Assembly (NCBI GenBank): GCA_963666055.2
Contig: CAXWPH010000014.1
Location: 416,001 to 480,000, forward strand
Reading direction: 5' to 3'
Origin: Acidobacteriota bacterium
Lineage (GTDB): Bacteria > Acidobacteriota > UBA890 > WLXD01
Length of the DNA stretch: 64,000 nucleotides
Shown: one piece after another, positions 53,235 through 64,000 of the stretch
Numbering within the stretch: the first letter of the stretch is position 1
Layout: each line of letters begins with the position of its first letter
Translations under genes and position numbers: made by a program
Notes under the pieces: generated by a model
Told to the model about the DNA's origin: nothing
The model's input: only the letters and a program-made list of their open reading frames with translations
Databases searched by the model: none

Positions 53235-54311
53235 TCACTGGGCGACGCGGTTGGCTTCCAGACGCTGGTCCACGAGCATGACGATCTCGTCGACCGTGTC
53301 GGACTGGAGACCTTGCTGTTGGGCGATCTGGCGAACCAGGCAGTCCACCCGTTCGATGTGCTTGGCGCCGGCGAACAGCGCCCGCGCCGCCGAAGAGGGC
53401 TTGCGTAGCCCTTCGGCCGCCTTGGCGTATTTCTCGAAGGGCACCATGTCGGCATCCGCCGCGCCCAGGCTGCCACATAGCTGTCGAGTCCAATCGTAAG
53501 TCTGGCGCGACAGCCCCAGGTCGGCGTGCACCGCGTCGCGGATCGGGATCATGTCGTCGCGCCGGATACACCGGTAGTTGCCGGCCATCAACATCGGCCA
53601 CTTCGCCAGCGGCACGAAGATGGAGTCGTGCACTCGAAGCTTCACCGGCAACTCGATGGCGCCGTCGCCGGGGTCGTGACGGGTGGCAAGGATGCCGGCC
53701 TCGATGTTGCGGAGCATCTCGGTGTGCTCGTCGGCCTCGAACCGAGCACTCTTGAAATTGGTGGGTAGGCCCACCTGGAGAACGTTCTTCGGTTCGTCCG
53801 GTGGGCGAAACGCCTGCGGGTCGGGGCTGGCGAGTGTCACCAGCCCGGGCTCGAAGCCCTTCCAGACGCTGGCGTCGGTGTAGCACTGGATCAGCGGTGC
53901 TGTCTGCAGCCCCGGAATCCGCTCCAGGTACGGGAGCGGCGGCATGTTCATGATCGCCAGGCTCGGCACGTGTGCGGCGGCGACCCGCGCCATCAGCTCG
54001 CGAACGCCTGGTGCGCCGTATTGCGCCTCCTGCATGGCGAGTACCACCAGGTCGAACGCCTCGGGGTCGACATCACCCGGTGTACAGGCCGATAGCTCAC
54101 CGTCACACCCCTGTGAGGAGATCTCCACGGGAGTCTCGCGGCCACGGATCGGCAGGCGGACCATAGTCCCATCGCGGTTGATCAGCTCGGCGGTGGGTGC
54201 GGTACATACCAGCGTCACCGAGTGCCCGGCCAGCAGCGACTTCGTGCCGAACAAGGAACCGTAGGAAGCGCCCAGAATGAGTACGTTGTATTTCTCCACT
54301 GCATCTCCCAA
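53235..54311 (-). CDS. Conserved protein with ketopantoate-reductase-like N-terminal Rossmann motif
   Basis: NVLILGASYGSL, DLVVLAMQE, IMNMPPL, LPTNFK; co-oriented downstream of frc. Confidence 0.65.
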   Translation of the reverse strand: MGDAVEKYNVLILGASYGSLFGTKSLLAGHSVTLVCTAPTAELINRDGTMVRLPIRGRETPVEISSQGCDGELSACTPGDVDPEAFDLVVLAMQEAQYGAPGVRELMARVAAAHVPSLAIMNMPPLPYLERIPGLQTAPLIQCYTDASVWKGFEPGLVTLASPDPQAFRPPDEPKNVLQVGLPTNFKSARFEADEHTEMLRNIEAGILATRHDPGDGAIELPVKLRVHDSIFVPLAKWPMLMAGNYRCIRRDDMIPIRDAVHADLGLSRQTYDWTRQLCGSLGAADADMVPFEKYAKAAEGLRKPSSAARALFAGAKHIERVDCLVRQIAQQQGLQSDTVDEIVMLVDQRLEANRVAQ

Positions 54312-54331
54312 ACGGTGGCGCCGAGACTGCC

Positions 54332-55579
54332 TCAGATGGCGCCCTGCTGGCGCGCCGCCTCGATGTCGTCGTCATCGAGGCCAACGACAGTCTTGAGAAT
54401 CTCTTCCGTGTGTTCACCCAGTAGCGGCGAGCGGTCGACCTGGGTGGGCGAATCCGACAGCTTTATCGGGTTACCGACGGTCAGATACGGGCCGCGTTCC
54501 GGGTGGTCCACCTCGACGACGGTCCCGGTCTGCCGCAGCGACGGCTCAACCGCCAGCTCCTTCATGGACAGCACGGGGCCACACGGCACGTTCAGCGGAT
54601 TGAGCGTGTTCATGACCTCCATCTTGTCCTTGGTCATCGTCCACTTTTCAATTTCCGCGAACATCTCGTCGAGCTTGGGTAGGCGGGCGGCCGGGGTGTT
54701 CCACTCCGGATCCTCGAGCCACTCCTCTCGGCCGATCGCCTTGGCGAGCGCCGGGAACGCCGCCGCCTGGGTGATCAGATAGGTGTAGGCGTCGGGATCG
54801 GTCTCCCACCCCTTGCACTTGAGAATCCACCCCGGCTGGCCTCCGCCCGAGGCGTTGCCGGCGCGCGGCACGGCCTCGCCAAAGGTACCGCCCGGATACT
54901 GCGGATACTCCTCGAGCGGGCCATGCGCCAGGCGCTGCTGATCGCGCAGCTTCACGCGACACAGATTCAGCACGGCATCCTGCATGGCGCACGAGACCCG
55001 CTGTCCCCTGCCGCTCTTCTCCCGCTGCAACAGCGCCGCCAGGATGCCCGCCACAAGGTGTATGCCGGTGCCGGTGTCGCCGATCTGGGCGCCGGTTACC
55101 GTCGGCACGCGGTCGATCTCGCCGGTCGTCGACACTGCGCCACCGGTGCACTGGGCGACGTTCTCGTACACCTTGCAGTCTTCGAACGGACCGGGGCCGA
55201 ATCCCTTGACGGAGGCATAGATCATCCGCGGGTTGAGCGCCTGGATCGTCTCCCACGGAAAGCCCATACGATCGATCGCGCCGGGCGCGAAGTTCTCCAC
55301 CAGCACGTCGCATTTCTCGATCAGCTTGGCGAAGATCTTGTTGCCCGCTTCCGTTTTGGGGTTCAACGTGATGCTGCGCTTGTTGGCGTTCAGCATGGTG
55401 AAGTAGAGGCTGTCGACGTCCGGGATATCGCGCAGCTGGCCACGCGTCGCGTCGCCGGAGCCAGGCCGCTCCACCTTGATGACGTCGGCGCCGAGCCACG
55501 CCAGGATCTGCGTGCACGTCGGTCCTGACTGCACATGGGTCATATCGAGGATACGAACACCATCCAGAGCTCTTCCCAC
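54332..55579 (-). CDS. frc: Formyl-CoA transferase (family III CoA-transferase)
   Basis: [67 protein letters not shown]. Confidence 0.92.
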   Translation of the reverse strand: MGRALDGVRILDMTHVQSGPTCTQILAWLGADVIKVERPGSGDATRGQLRDIPDVDSLYFTMLNANKRSITLNPKTEAGNKIFAKLIEKCDVLVENFAPGAIDRMGFPWETIQALNPRMIYASVKGFGPGPFEDCKVYENVAQCTGGAVSTTGEIDRVPTVTGAQIGDTGTGIHLVAGILAALLQREKSGRGQRVSCAMQDAVLNLCRVKLRDQQRLAHGPLEEYPQYPGGTFGEAVPRAGNASGGGQPGWILKCKGWETDPDAYTYLITQAAAFPALAKAIGREEWLEDPEWNTPAARLPKLDEMFAEIEKWTMTKDKMEVMNTLNPLNVPCGPVLSMKELAVEPSLRQTGTVVEVDHPERGPYLTVGNPIKLSDSPTQVDRSPLLGEHTEEILKTVVGLDDDDIEAARQQGAI

Positions 55580-55779
55580 AGCTAGCCTCGTCTTCGCCGG
55601 ATGTTTGGGGCCCGTGCGTCGGGTCGTGCGGCGAGCCTGCCGCTCGACCACGGCCACGTCAAGCACCGACGTTGAACAGCTGTTGTGCGCAGTGGACGAC
55701 CTCGTCGATCTCCTCGATCCAAGAAAGTACTGTCCTGGAAACCAGGCCGGTGAGCAGGCTCCCGTTGCAGCAGGCGATC

Positions 55780-55853
55780 GGTGCGGTCTGCCGGCGGCTC
55801 ACTCACGCCGCGCCAGCCGGGTCGCCCCGCAGATCGCGCTGCGCGCCGACTGA
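55780..55853 (+). pseudogene. Tiny ADOP permease C-terminal remnant
   Basis: [21 protein letters not shown] matches the family terminus seen in the intact permeases. Confidence 0.45.
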
Positions 55854-55902
55854 GCCGGCCAACGCCAGGCCCATTTGACTTCGGACCCGCGGGGTTCGAT
55901 GC

Positions 55903-58409
55903 TTGCGCGTCCAGTGTCGGGATCCCGAGGAGGCGACAAGGGTGGCAGGCTCGAGCCAGCAGCGTTCCCTCGTCGGCGCCGGCGCGCTCGCCACGGCGCT
56001 GTCGTTGCTGGGCGCGCTGACTCCCGCGTCCCAGGCCGCCGCGCAGGCGCTTCCGGTGGTTCGTATCGGCGTGGTGCTCGACGCGCCGACCGGCATCGAG
56101 GACATTGTCGATCTCATGCGCGCCGAGATCATCGCGCTGAACCGCCGTGACTTCGACCTACGCTTCCCGGAGGATAAGACCCTCGACGGTAACTGGACGG
56201 CGTCGGGGGCGGTGGCGGCGCTCGATCGGCTGCTGGCCGACCCCGAGGTCGACATCGTGCTCGCCATGGGGGTGCTGGCCGCCGGCGAGCTAGCTCGCCG
56301 GGAGGATTTCCCAAAGCCGGTCATCGCGCCGTTCGTGATCGATCAGGAGCTGCAGGGCTTCCACCCGCAGGTGAGGCGCCGACCGGACGGCCGCACGATC
56401 CGGGTGAGCGGCATCGACAACCTCAACTACCTGATTCCGCCGTGGAACACCGACCGTGACCTGTTCGAGCTGCGTCGCATCACTGGCTTCGACCGCGTTG
56501 CGCTGCTCATCGACGAGCGCTTGGTCGCCGGCTTCCCCGCACTACAGGAACATGTGCGGCTAGCGGCTGAGGCCGGCAACTACGATCTGCGGGTGGTTCC
56601 CGTGACCGACAATATCCCGGCCACGGTGGCGGCGATTCCGGATGACGTCCAGGCGGTCATGGTGGGCTTCATGGGGTACCTGTCGGCCGAACAGTTCGCC
56701 GCGCTGTCCGACGGCCTGATCTCGCGCCGGCTGCCGAGCTACGCGGTTTTCGGGCGCCCCGACGTGGAGCGCGGTTTGATGCTCGGGGTAGCGCCGGGGT
56801 CGGATTTTCAGCGCATCGGGCGACGGGTGGCAATCAACATCCAGCGAATCTTGCTGGGCGAGAACGCCAGCGAGCTGTCGATCGACCTGGCACAAAACAA
56901 CGACGTGACGTTCAACATGGCCACGGCGCGAGCAATCGGCTTCTCGCCCTCGTTCGAGCTGCTCACCGAGGCCACCGTGCTGTTCGAGGAGCGCCTCGAT
57001 CTGGCACGCGAGATCACGCTGGCGCAGGCGGTGCAAGAGGCGCTCGACGTCAATCTCAACCTGATGGCCTTCGACCGAGCCGTGGCGGCGGGCGAACAGC
57101 AGGTTCGCAGCGTACGGTCGAACCTGTTGCCGCAGCTCGACGTGACCCTCACCGGTGTGCAGATCGATGCCGATCGCGCCGAGGCGAGCTTCGGCACCCA
57201 GCGCCAGCGCACGTTGACCGGCGAGCTCGGTCTGACGCAGCTGATCTGTCGGACGCGCTGCGCACCCAGATCTCGGGACAGGAATACGGCCAGCAGGCGC
57301 TCGAGCACCAACGCGAGCAACTGCGGCTCGATGTGATCGCCGAGGCTGCCATAGCTTTTCTCGACGTACTCCGCGCCGGAACGGGCGAGGGCGTGCGCAA
57401 GCAGAACCTGTCGCTCACCCGCACCAACCTCGACCTGTCGCGGGTACGCCAGAGCATCGGCGCCGCCAACCCGGCCGAGGTGTTCCGCTGGGAAAGCCAG
57501 GTGGCCACGGAGCGCAGCCAGGTGATCAACGCCAGCGCCCTGCGTAACCAGGCCGAGATCGCCCTCAACCGCATTCTCAACCGGCCGCTCGAGGAGCGCT
57601 TCCGCGCCGTCGACCAGGGCATCGCTGCCAACCCATTGGAAAGCGACGAGTCGACGGCGCTGCGGGCGCAGCTCGACCCCTATCTCAACGACCAGACCAG
57701 CTTCAGCATCTTCCGTGACTTCATGGCCCTGGAGGCCCTGCGCGACTCCCCGGAGCTGGGCCAGCTCGACGCCTTCATCGCCGCCCAGCAGCGCGTGCTA
57801 CGCGGTGCCCGGCGGGCTTTCTGGGCGCCGACGGTCGGCCTGTCGGGGCAGCTGTCGCAGGTGCTCGGGCGAGGCGGCGCCGGTGATCCGTCGTCCAGCG
57901 GTGTCGAGCTGCCGTTCACCTTCCCGGTGCCGGGAAACAACAGCTGGAGCCTAGGTATCTCAGCGAGCCTGCCGCTGGTGACCGGCGGATTTCGTATCAG
58001 CGAGCGGCAGCGAGCCTTGTACGAGCTCGATCGACTCAACCTCGAGCGCCGTGCCACCTCCGAGCGCATCGAGCAGCGCGTTCGCTCGGCCATGCACGCT
58101 ACCCGCGCTTCGTTTGCCGCCCTCGAGCTAACCGAGCAAGCCGCCCTCGCCGCAGCCCGTAATTTCGAGCTCGTACAAGACGGCTACTCACAGGGGGTCG
58201 CCGACATTATCGATTTGCTCGACGCACAGAACGCCGCTCTGGTAGCCGACCTGGGCGCCGCCACCGCGGTCTACGACTACCTGATCGACTTGGTGAGCGT
58301 CGAGCGCGCGGTGGCCAAGTTCAACCTGTTCTCGAGCCAGCAAGAGGCGCGTGACTTCCTACGACGCTTGAACGATTTCTACGACCAGAGCACGGAGTCC
58401 AAACGATGA
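55903..58409 (+). CDS. TolC-family outer membrane protein with N-terminal substrate-binding-like domain; frameshift near 57247
   Basis: ITLAQAVQEAL..N, SNLLPQL; one base missing in ATCTGTCGGAC (LTQLIWSD); YSQGVADIIDLLDAQN. Confidence 0.85.
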
Positions 58410-59506
58410 ACCGAACGCTCCTGACGGTGCTCACGACGCTATGCCTGGCCGGCTGCGCCACCGAGGAGCCGCCGCCCGAGGCGGTACTGCGACCGGTGCG
58501 CTCGCAGGCGGTCGAGCCGGCCGGGGCGGCCCGTGAGCGCATCTTCTCGGGCGTGGCCGTCGCGAGCATCGAATCGCAGCTCAGCTTCCGGGTGGGCGGC
58601 ACCGTGATACGCGTCGCTGTCGAGGTGGGCGACCGGGTACGGGCCGGTCAGATAATCGCCGAGCTCGACCCCAGCGACCTGCAGCTGGAGCTGGAGAGCT
58701 CCCAGGCTGCACTCGATCAGGCGCAGGCGAGCCGGCGCAACGCCGAAGCAAACTTCGAGCGCGCCCGTGAGCTGTACGAAAACAACAACGCCTCGCAGAA
58801 CGAGTATGATGCCGCACGGGCGCAGGCCGAATCGGCAACGGCCGGCGTAGATTCGGCGCAGAAACAGCTGCAGCTCGCAAGACTGCGGCTCGGCTACGCG
58901 ACGTTGCGGGCGTCGATTGCCGGGGCGATCGCCGCGGTCGACATCGACGCGAACGAGAACGTCAGTGCCGGCTCGGTAGTGGCGATGCTGACTTCCGGAT
59001 CACGGCCGGAGGTGCGCGTCGCCATTCCGGAGAACCTCATCAGTCGCGTCGAGCGCGGCAGCCGTGTGGACGTGGAGTTCGACGCGCTTCCCGGGCGCCG
59101 CCTCGCAGCCACGGTGACCGAGGTTGGAGTAGCTGCCTTGGGCACCGCGACCACCTTCCCGGTAACTGTGCGCCTCGACGTCGACGTACCGGAGGTGCGT
59201 TCGGGCATGGCCGCCGACGTGCGCTTCCGCTTTGGTGACGACGGCAGCGCTGACACACTCCTGGTACCCCTGGTGGCGGTGGGCGAGGATCGCCAGGGTC
59301 GGTTCGTGTTCGTGTTGCAGCCCAGCGGCGAGGGGCGTGGGGTGGTGCGGCGGCGGCCGGTAACCATCGGTGAGATTCGTGGCACCGGCGTGGAGGTCTT
59401 GTCGGGCCTGCGCGCTGGCGAGCGCATTGTTACCGCCGGCCTGCGGCGCATCACCGACGGCCAGGAAGTACGGCTCGCCGACACCCGACTCGGAGAGGCA
59501 GGGTAG
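58406..59506 (+). CDS. RND efflux periplasmic adaptor subunit (lipoprotein)
   Basis: LAGC lipobox, LSFRVGG, LRASIAG, RSGMAADV. Confidence 0.92.
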   Translation: MNRTLLTVLTTLCLAGCATEEPPPEAVLRPVRSQAVEPAGAARERIFSGVAVASIESQLSFRVGGTVIRVAVEVGDRVRAGQIIAELDPSDLQLELESSQAALDQAQASRRNAEANFERARELYENNNASQNEYDAARAQAESATAGVDSAQKQLQLARLRLGYATLRASIAGAIAAVDIDANENVSAGSVVAMLTSGSRPEVRVAIPENLISRVERGSRVDVEFDALPGRRLAATVTEVGVAALGTATTFPVTVRLDVDVPEVRSGMAADVRFRFGDDGSADTLLVPLVAVGEDRQGRFVFVLQPSGEGRGVVRRRPVTIGEIRGTGVEVLSGLRAGERIVTAGLRRITDGQEVRLADTRLGEAG

Positions 59507-59512
59507 AACGCC

Positions 59513-62500
59513 GTGGGACTCACCGCCTGGGCCATCGACAAGTCGCGCGTCACGCTAGTTACAGCGCTGGTGGTTGTCGGCGCTGGCTACCAAGCGTACG
59601 TGAACATGCCGCGCGCCGAAGACCCCGGTTTCATCATCCGCACCGCGCTGGTAATCACGCGCTTTCCGGGCGCCAGCCCGGAGCGCGTCGAGCAGCTAAT
59701 CACCGACAAGCTCGAGAAAGCGGTGCAGGAGATGCCCGAGCTCGACTACATCGTGAGCAACTCCAAGACCGGCGTGTCGGAGCTCATCGTCGAATTCAAG
59801 GAGAGCTACCGCAACATGCGGCCGATCTTCGACTCGCTGCGGCGCAAGATCGACTCGGCGCGCGGTGAGCTGCCCGACGGAGTCATCGGGCCGTTCGTCA
59901 ACGACGAGTTCGGCGACGTATTCGGAACCATCGTCACGATCACCGGGGAAGACTTCGAGTACGCCGAGCTCAAGCAGATCGCCGACGAGGTGCGCGACGA
60001 GCTGCTGCTCGCCACCGATGTGGCAAAGGTGGAAATCTACGGCGCCCAGGACGAGCGCATCTTCGTGGGGTACAACAACGCTCGCCTGTCGGAAATAGGC
60101 CTGTCGCCGGAACAGCTGCGCAATATTCTGGCGGCGCGCAACATCGTCTCACCGGGCGGCAACATCGACACCGGCGATGAGATCCTCGTGCTCGAGCCAT
60201 CGGGCAATTTCGAGACCATCGACGACCTGCGCCAGACAGTGATCAACCTCCCGGGCAGTCGCGACTTGCTGCTGCTGCGCGACGTGGCAGAGATCTACCG
60301 TGGCTACGTCGACCCGCCGGAGAGCAAGGTGCGCGTGTCCGGCGTGCAGGGTTTGGCACTGGCGATCTCGATGCGCGAGGGCGGCAACATCCTGCTGCTC
60401 GGCGAGGCCGTGCGCGCCAAGATCGACGAGCTGACAGCTTTCTACCCGATCGGTATCGACTTCGACTACGTGCAGTTTCAGGCCGCCGATGTTCAGACCC
60501 TGGTCGACGGTTTGATCGGCAATCTGCTGCAAGCCGTGGCGATCGTCGCTGCGATAATGCTGCTGTTCCTGGGCGTGCGCACCGGGCTGGTGGTGGCCAG
60601 CCTGATTCCGGCCGCCATCCTGACGTCGCTCACGCTGATGGGATTCTTCGCCATCGGCCTGGATCAGATGTCGATCGCGGCGCTGATCATCTCGCTTGGT
60701 CTGCTGGTCGACAACGCCATCGTCATGTCGGAGTCGATCATGGTGGCGATGGCCGAGGGTAAGCCTCGGGTGCGGGCAGCGGTGGATTCAGCCAACGAGC
60801 TGCGCATTCCGCTGCTTACCTCGTCGCTCACCACGGCGGCAGCCTTCCTGCCGATCTACCTGGCGGAGAACGCCACCGGCGAGTACACCGCGCCGCTGTT
60901 CAAGGTGGTGTCGATCACGCTGCTGTCATCGTGGCTCATCTCGATGACCTTGATTCCGCTGCTGTGCGTGCTCTTCCTTAAGGTCAAGCCGGTATCGCAG
61001 GGTGGCTCTGGAGGGATGTTCGACACGGCGTTCTATCGCTTCTACCGCCGCACGCTGGTGCTCGCAGTCGGCTGGCGCTGGGCGTCGCTGGCCGCTGTAG
61101 CGGTCGTCTTCGTCGCCACGATGAGCCTCTTCGGGCTGATCCCCAACATCTTCTTCCCACCGGGGTCGCGAGCCACGATGACCGTCGAGCTGGAGCTGCC
61201 CGCCGGCACGCCGATCGCCCGCACCGAGCAAATGGTGCAGCGCTTCGATGCGTTCATCGCCGAGGAGCTGGTCGCCGGTGCCGACCGTCCCGAAGGGGTG
61301 ACCAACTGGGCGTCGTTCATCGGACAGGGGGCGCCACGCTACGTGTTGCCGTATGCACCCGAACAGCCGAACCCGTCCTACGCCTACTTACTGGTCAACA
61401 CGACGTCCCGACCGGTGGTCGACGAGATCATGCCGCGTGTGGAGCGCTTCGGTGCCGATCACTTCCCCGACCTGAAGATCACGGCGCGGCCGATCCCGCT
61501 CGGGCCGCCTGCCTGGCCGCCGGTGGCGGTGCGGATCTCCGGCCGCGACAGCGAGGTGCTGTTCGACATCGTCGAACAGGTAAAGGGACGGCTGCATGAG
61601 GTTCGCGGCACAAAGCTCATCGACGACGACTGGGGTGCACGCTCCAAGAAGCTCGTCGTGCAGGTCGACCAGCCGCGGGCGTTGCGCGCCGGGGTGTCGA
61701 GTCGGGACATCGCCGTCTCGCTGCAGTCGTTTCTGAGCGGCATCGTGACCACGGAATACCGTGAGGGCGACAAGATCATCCCGGTCACGCTGCGCTCGGT
61801 GGCTGCCCAGCGCAACAACCTCGACCGGCTCGAGAGCCTCAACGTGTACTCGCAGAGCAGCGGGCTGTCGGTGCCGCTCAAGCAGGTCGCCGATGTGCGG
61901 CTCGAATGGCAGCCGAGCACCATCCGACGACGCTCGCGGCTGCGCACCGTGACGGTGGAAGCCGGGACCGAGCCCGGCGTAACGGCCGCCGACGTCAACG
62001 CGCAGCTGCGCCCCTGGCTCGACGAAATCAGCGCCGATTGGGGGCCCGGCTACTCCTGGGAGTTCGGCGGCGAGGAGGAAAACTCCGGCGATGCCAACGC
62101 CGCCATCGGCGCCAAGCTGCCCATCGCGGCGATGATCATCGTGCTGCTGCTGGTCGGGCAGTTCAACTCGGTGCGTAAACCACTGATCGTGCTCATCACG
62201 ATCCCCCTGGGTCTCATCGGTGTGGTGTTCGGCCTGCTAGCCACGCAGCTGTACTTCGGCTTCATGACCCTGCTCGGCATCATCTCGCTGTCGGGAATCG
62301 TCATCAACAACGCCATCGTGCTGATCGACCGTATCAACATCGAGATCGAGGACAATGGCCTGGAGCCCGCCGCGGCGATCATCGAGTCGGCCCAGCGGCG
62401 CTTGCGGCCAATCGTCATGACCACCTGCACCACGGTGGGTGGACTGCTGCCGCTGTACCTCGGCGGCGGTCCGATGTGGGAGCCGCTAGCGGTGGCCATC

Positions 62501-62599
62501 ATGGGCGGGCTGATCTTCGCCACCGTCCTGACGCTGGGTGTGGTGCCGATCCTCTACGCGGTGTTCTTCCGCGTGAGCTTCACCGACTACACGGTCTGA
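59513..62599 (+). CDS. AcrB/AcrD/AcrF-family RND efflux permease
   Basis: [35 protein letters not shown], 1028 aa. Confidence 0.95.
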   Translation: MGLTAWAIDKSRVTLVTALVVVGAGYQAYVNMPRAEDPGFIIRTALVITRFPGASPERVEQLITDKLEKAVQEMPELDYIVSNSKTGVSELIVEFKESYRNMRPIFDSLRRKIDSARGELPDGVIGPFVNDEFGDVFGTIVTITGEDFEYAELKQIADEVRDELLLATDVAKVEIYGAQDERIFVGYNNARLSEIGLSPEQLRNILAARNIVSPGGNIDTGDEILVLEPSGNFETIDDLRQTVINLPGSRDLLLLRDVAEIYRGYVDPPESKVRVSGVQGLALAISMREGGNILLLGEAVRAKIDELTAFYPIGIDFDYVQFQAADVQTLVDGLIGNLLQAVAIVAAIMLLFLGVRTGLVVASLIPAAILTSLTLMGFFAIGLDQMSIAALIISLGLLVDNAIVMSESIMVAMAEGKPRVRAAVDSANELRIPLLTSSLTTAAAFLPIYLAENATGEYTAPLFKVVSITLLSSWLISMTLIPLLCVLFLKVKPVSQGGSGGMFDTAFYRFYRRTLVLAVGWRWASLAAVAVVFVATMSLFGLIPNIFFPPGSRATMTVELELPAGTPIARTEQMVQRFDAFIAEELVAGADRPEGVTNWASFIGQGAPRYVLPYAPEQPNPSYAYLLVNTTSRPVVDEIMPRVERFGADHFPDLKITARPIPLGPPAWPPVAVRISGRDSEVLFDIVEQVKGRLHEVRGTKLIDDDWGARSKKLVVQVDQPRALRAGVSSRDIAVSLQSFLSGIVTTEYREGDKIIPVTLRSVAAQRNNLDRLESLNVYSQSSGLSVPLKQVADVRLEWQPSTIRRRSRLRTVTVEAGTEPGVTAADVNAQLRPWLDEISADWGPGYSWEFGGEEENSGDANAAIGAKLPIAAMIIVLLLVGQFNSVRKPLIVLITIPLGLIGVVFGLLATQLYFGFMTLLGIISLSGIVINNAIVLIDRINIEIEDNGLEPAAAIIESAQRRLRPIVMTTCTTVGGLLPLYLGGGPMWEPLAVAIMGGLIFATVLTLGVVPILYAVFFRVSFTDYTV

Positions 62600-62780
62600 C
62601 GCTCGGCGGAATGTTCGTCGCGGTGGCCCTGATCCTCGCGGTCACCGGCCTGTACGGTGTGATCTCGTACTGGGTCACTCAGCAGACGCGGCAAATCGGC
62701 GTACGGATGGCCCTCGGCGCCCGCGGCGCGGACGTGATGCGCATGATCCTGGCGCGCACCGGGTTGATGATCGCTGCCTA
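62600..62780 (+). pseudogene. ADOP permease C-terminal fragment
   Basis: [37 protein letters not shown], with no start or end. Confidence 0.75.
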
Positions 62781-62816
62781 CGAGGGCGGATCTCGGCCCG
62801 GAACGACGATCGCCCG

Positions 62817-64000
62817 CTACGGCCCGCACAGGCCGGCACCGAACGACCCGTCTCGGCGAGCGGCGCACGTGCGTTCGCCTCCCGCGACCGTTTCGACAAC
62901 AAAGCGATGGCGGTCGGCGAAGTCGTTGGCCATCCACTTCACGCCCGGCGGAGGCATCCAGATCGCACACCACACTGCTCGATTCCGGTCGTCGCGGGCG
63001 GCAGGAACATATCGGTTTACCGAAGCAACATGCGGACGGAGGCTTGCTGCCACGGTTACGAGACGGAGGCCGAAATTATCTTCCAAGACACCGTGGTGGC
63101 GGAAATCAGTCCAGGGCCCATCTATCCCGGTGCGCGACTGGATCTTAACGTAGGGGTTAATCCTCAGATCCATCACCGTAGAGATGTTCAGGCGATTGGC
63201 GTCGGGTAGGTCGCGAACCGTGTCTATCCAGCACGCCCGCGGATAATCGCGGACCGGCCGGCCGGTGGCCAGATCGTTGACGATTCCGCCCAGTCCATCG
63301 TCCGGTAACGAGGCGCTGTCGCCGATGCGTTCGAAGCGGAACTCTTCACGCTTGCCCGGCTTGTAGGTCCTCTTTCCAGGCTTGGCAGATGACGACGCGG
63401 ACTGGGCAAGCATCGCCAGTCGCGCGCTCAGGACGGGACCGACGGCAGGTCCCCAGAGAGTCGACGCGCCTTCGTAATGCTGTGCCTCGTACTCTTCTGG
63501 CGTGGCAACGTAGGAGATGTATTCGTTGGCCAGACCGACCGGCACCACCAGTGAATCGTCGACCTCGACTGCGGCTGCTACAGTCTTCAAGATACGGCGC
63601 CCCATTGTCATGGTGAACTCACCCGGCAGCGTGACGAGGGTGAGGTCACCGATTCGGTGGACGCCGAGCGGTACGTCCGATGGAACGTCGGTCTTGCCGA
63701 GCAGCAACTTCGTGAGGTCGCCACTCAGCGGCCAGGGGAGCGGAAGGGTCGCTTCGAAGGGTGGATGTTTGGATCCCTGGCGAAGCTTATTGTCCTTGTC
63801 GAGCCGCCCGGCCCGTTTGACTCCCTCTTTGAATCCGAGCTCGTACAGCGGACTGCGCCCGTCCTCGGCACCACCGACGAGCGCAGTGCCGGCGGCCGGC
63901 TCATCGGGTGTGCAGGGCTCGAGTGCGGGGAACGACCACGCGCTTGTTGCTGGAACACACACACCTCTGATCGAGGCCCGCACGAAACGCGATCGCAGTT
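62817..64000 (-). CDS. Neutral/alkaline ceramidase-family protein (5' end outside the window)
   Basis: [51 protein letters not shown]. Confidence 0.85.
   Translation of the reverse strand, partial: LRSRFVRASIRGVCVPATSAWSFPALEPCTPDEPAAGTALVGGAEDGRSPLYELGFKEGVKRAGRLDKDNKLRQGSKHPPFEATLPLPWPLSGDLTKLLLGKTDVPSDVPLGVHRIGDLTLVTLPGEFTMTMGRRILKTVAAAVEVDDSLVVPVGLANEYISYVATPEEYEAQHYEGASTLWGPAVGPVLSARLAMLAQSASSSAKPGKRTYKPGKREEFRFERIGDSASLPDDGLGGIVNDLATGRPVRDYPRACWIDTVRDLPDANRLNISTVMDLRINPYVKIQSRTGIDGPWTDFRHHGVLEDNFGLRLVTVAASLRPHVASVNRYVPAARDDRNRAVWCAIWMPPPGVKWMANDFADRHRFVVETVAGGERTCAARRDGSFGAGLCGP

Overview
GC-rich bacterial window, most likely Acidobacteriota (PadR + ADOP-type duplicated permease pairs, Ser/Thr kinase-TolB/PD40 propeller proteins, three ECF sigma/anti-sigma modules). 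It is a mosaic accessory region with many truncated gene remnants and several single-base frameshifts that may be long-read errors. It holds kinases, a GGDEF/HD-GYP protein, MacAB-like and RND efflux genes, a CHAT protease module, an S8 protease-PadR chimera, a type I RM locus (truncated hsdR) with an embedded AbiE toxin-antitoxin pair, a formyl-CoA transferase cluster and integrase remnants. The standout is missed by the ORF track: the ORF ending at 32758 continues in frame through two TGA codons (32756, 32924) to TAA 33058. This gives a 286-aa signal-peptide-bearing MerB (organomercurial lyase)-like protein. Both TGAs sit at MerB's catalytic Cys positions, and each is followed 19-20 nt later by a perfect hairpin with the same GGUC loop (SECIS-like). 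It is the last gene of an ECF sigma / Cys-Cys anti-sigma / TlpA operon, which suggests an exported double-selenocysteine organometal or thiol-stress system. No rRNA, tRNA or CRISPR array was seen. All alignments were done by eye; no searches were run.
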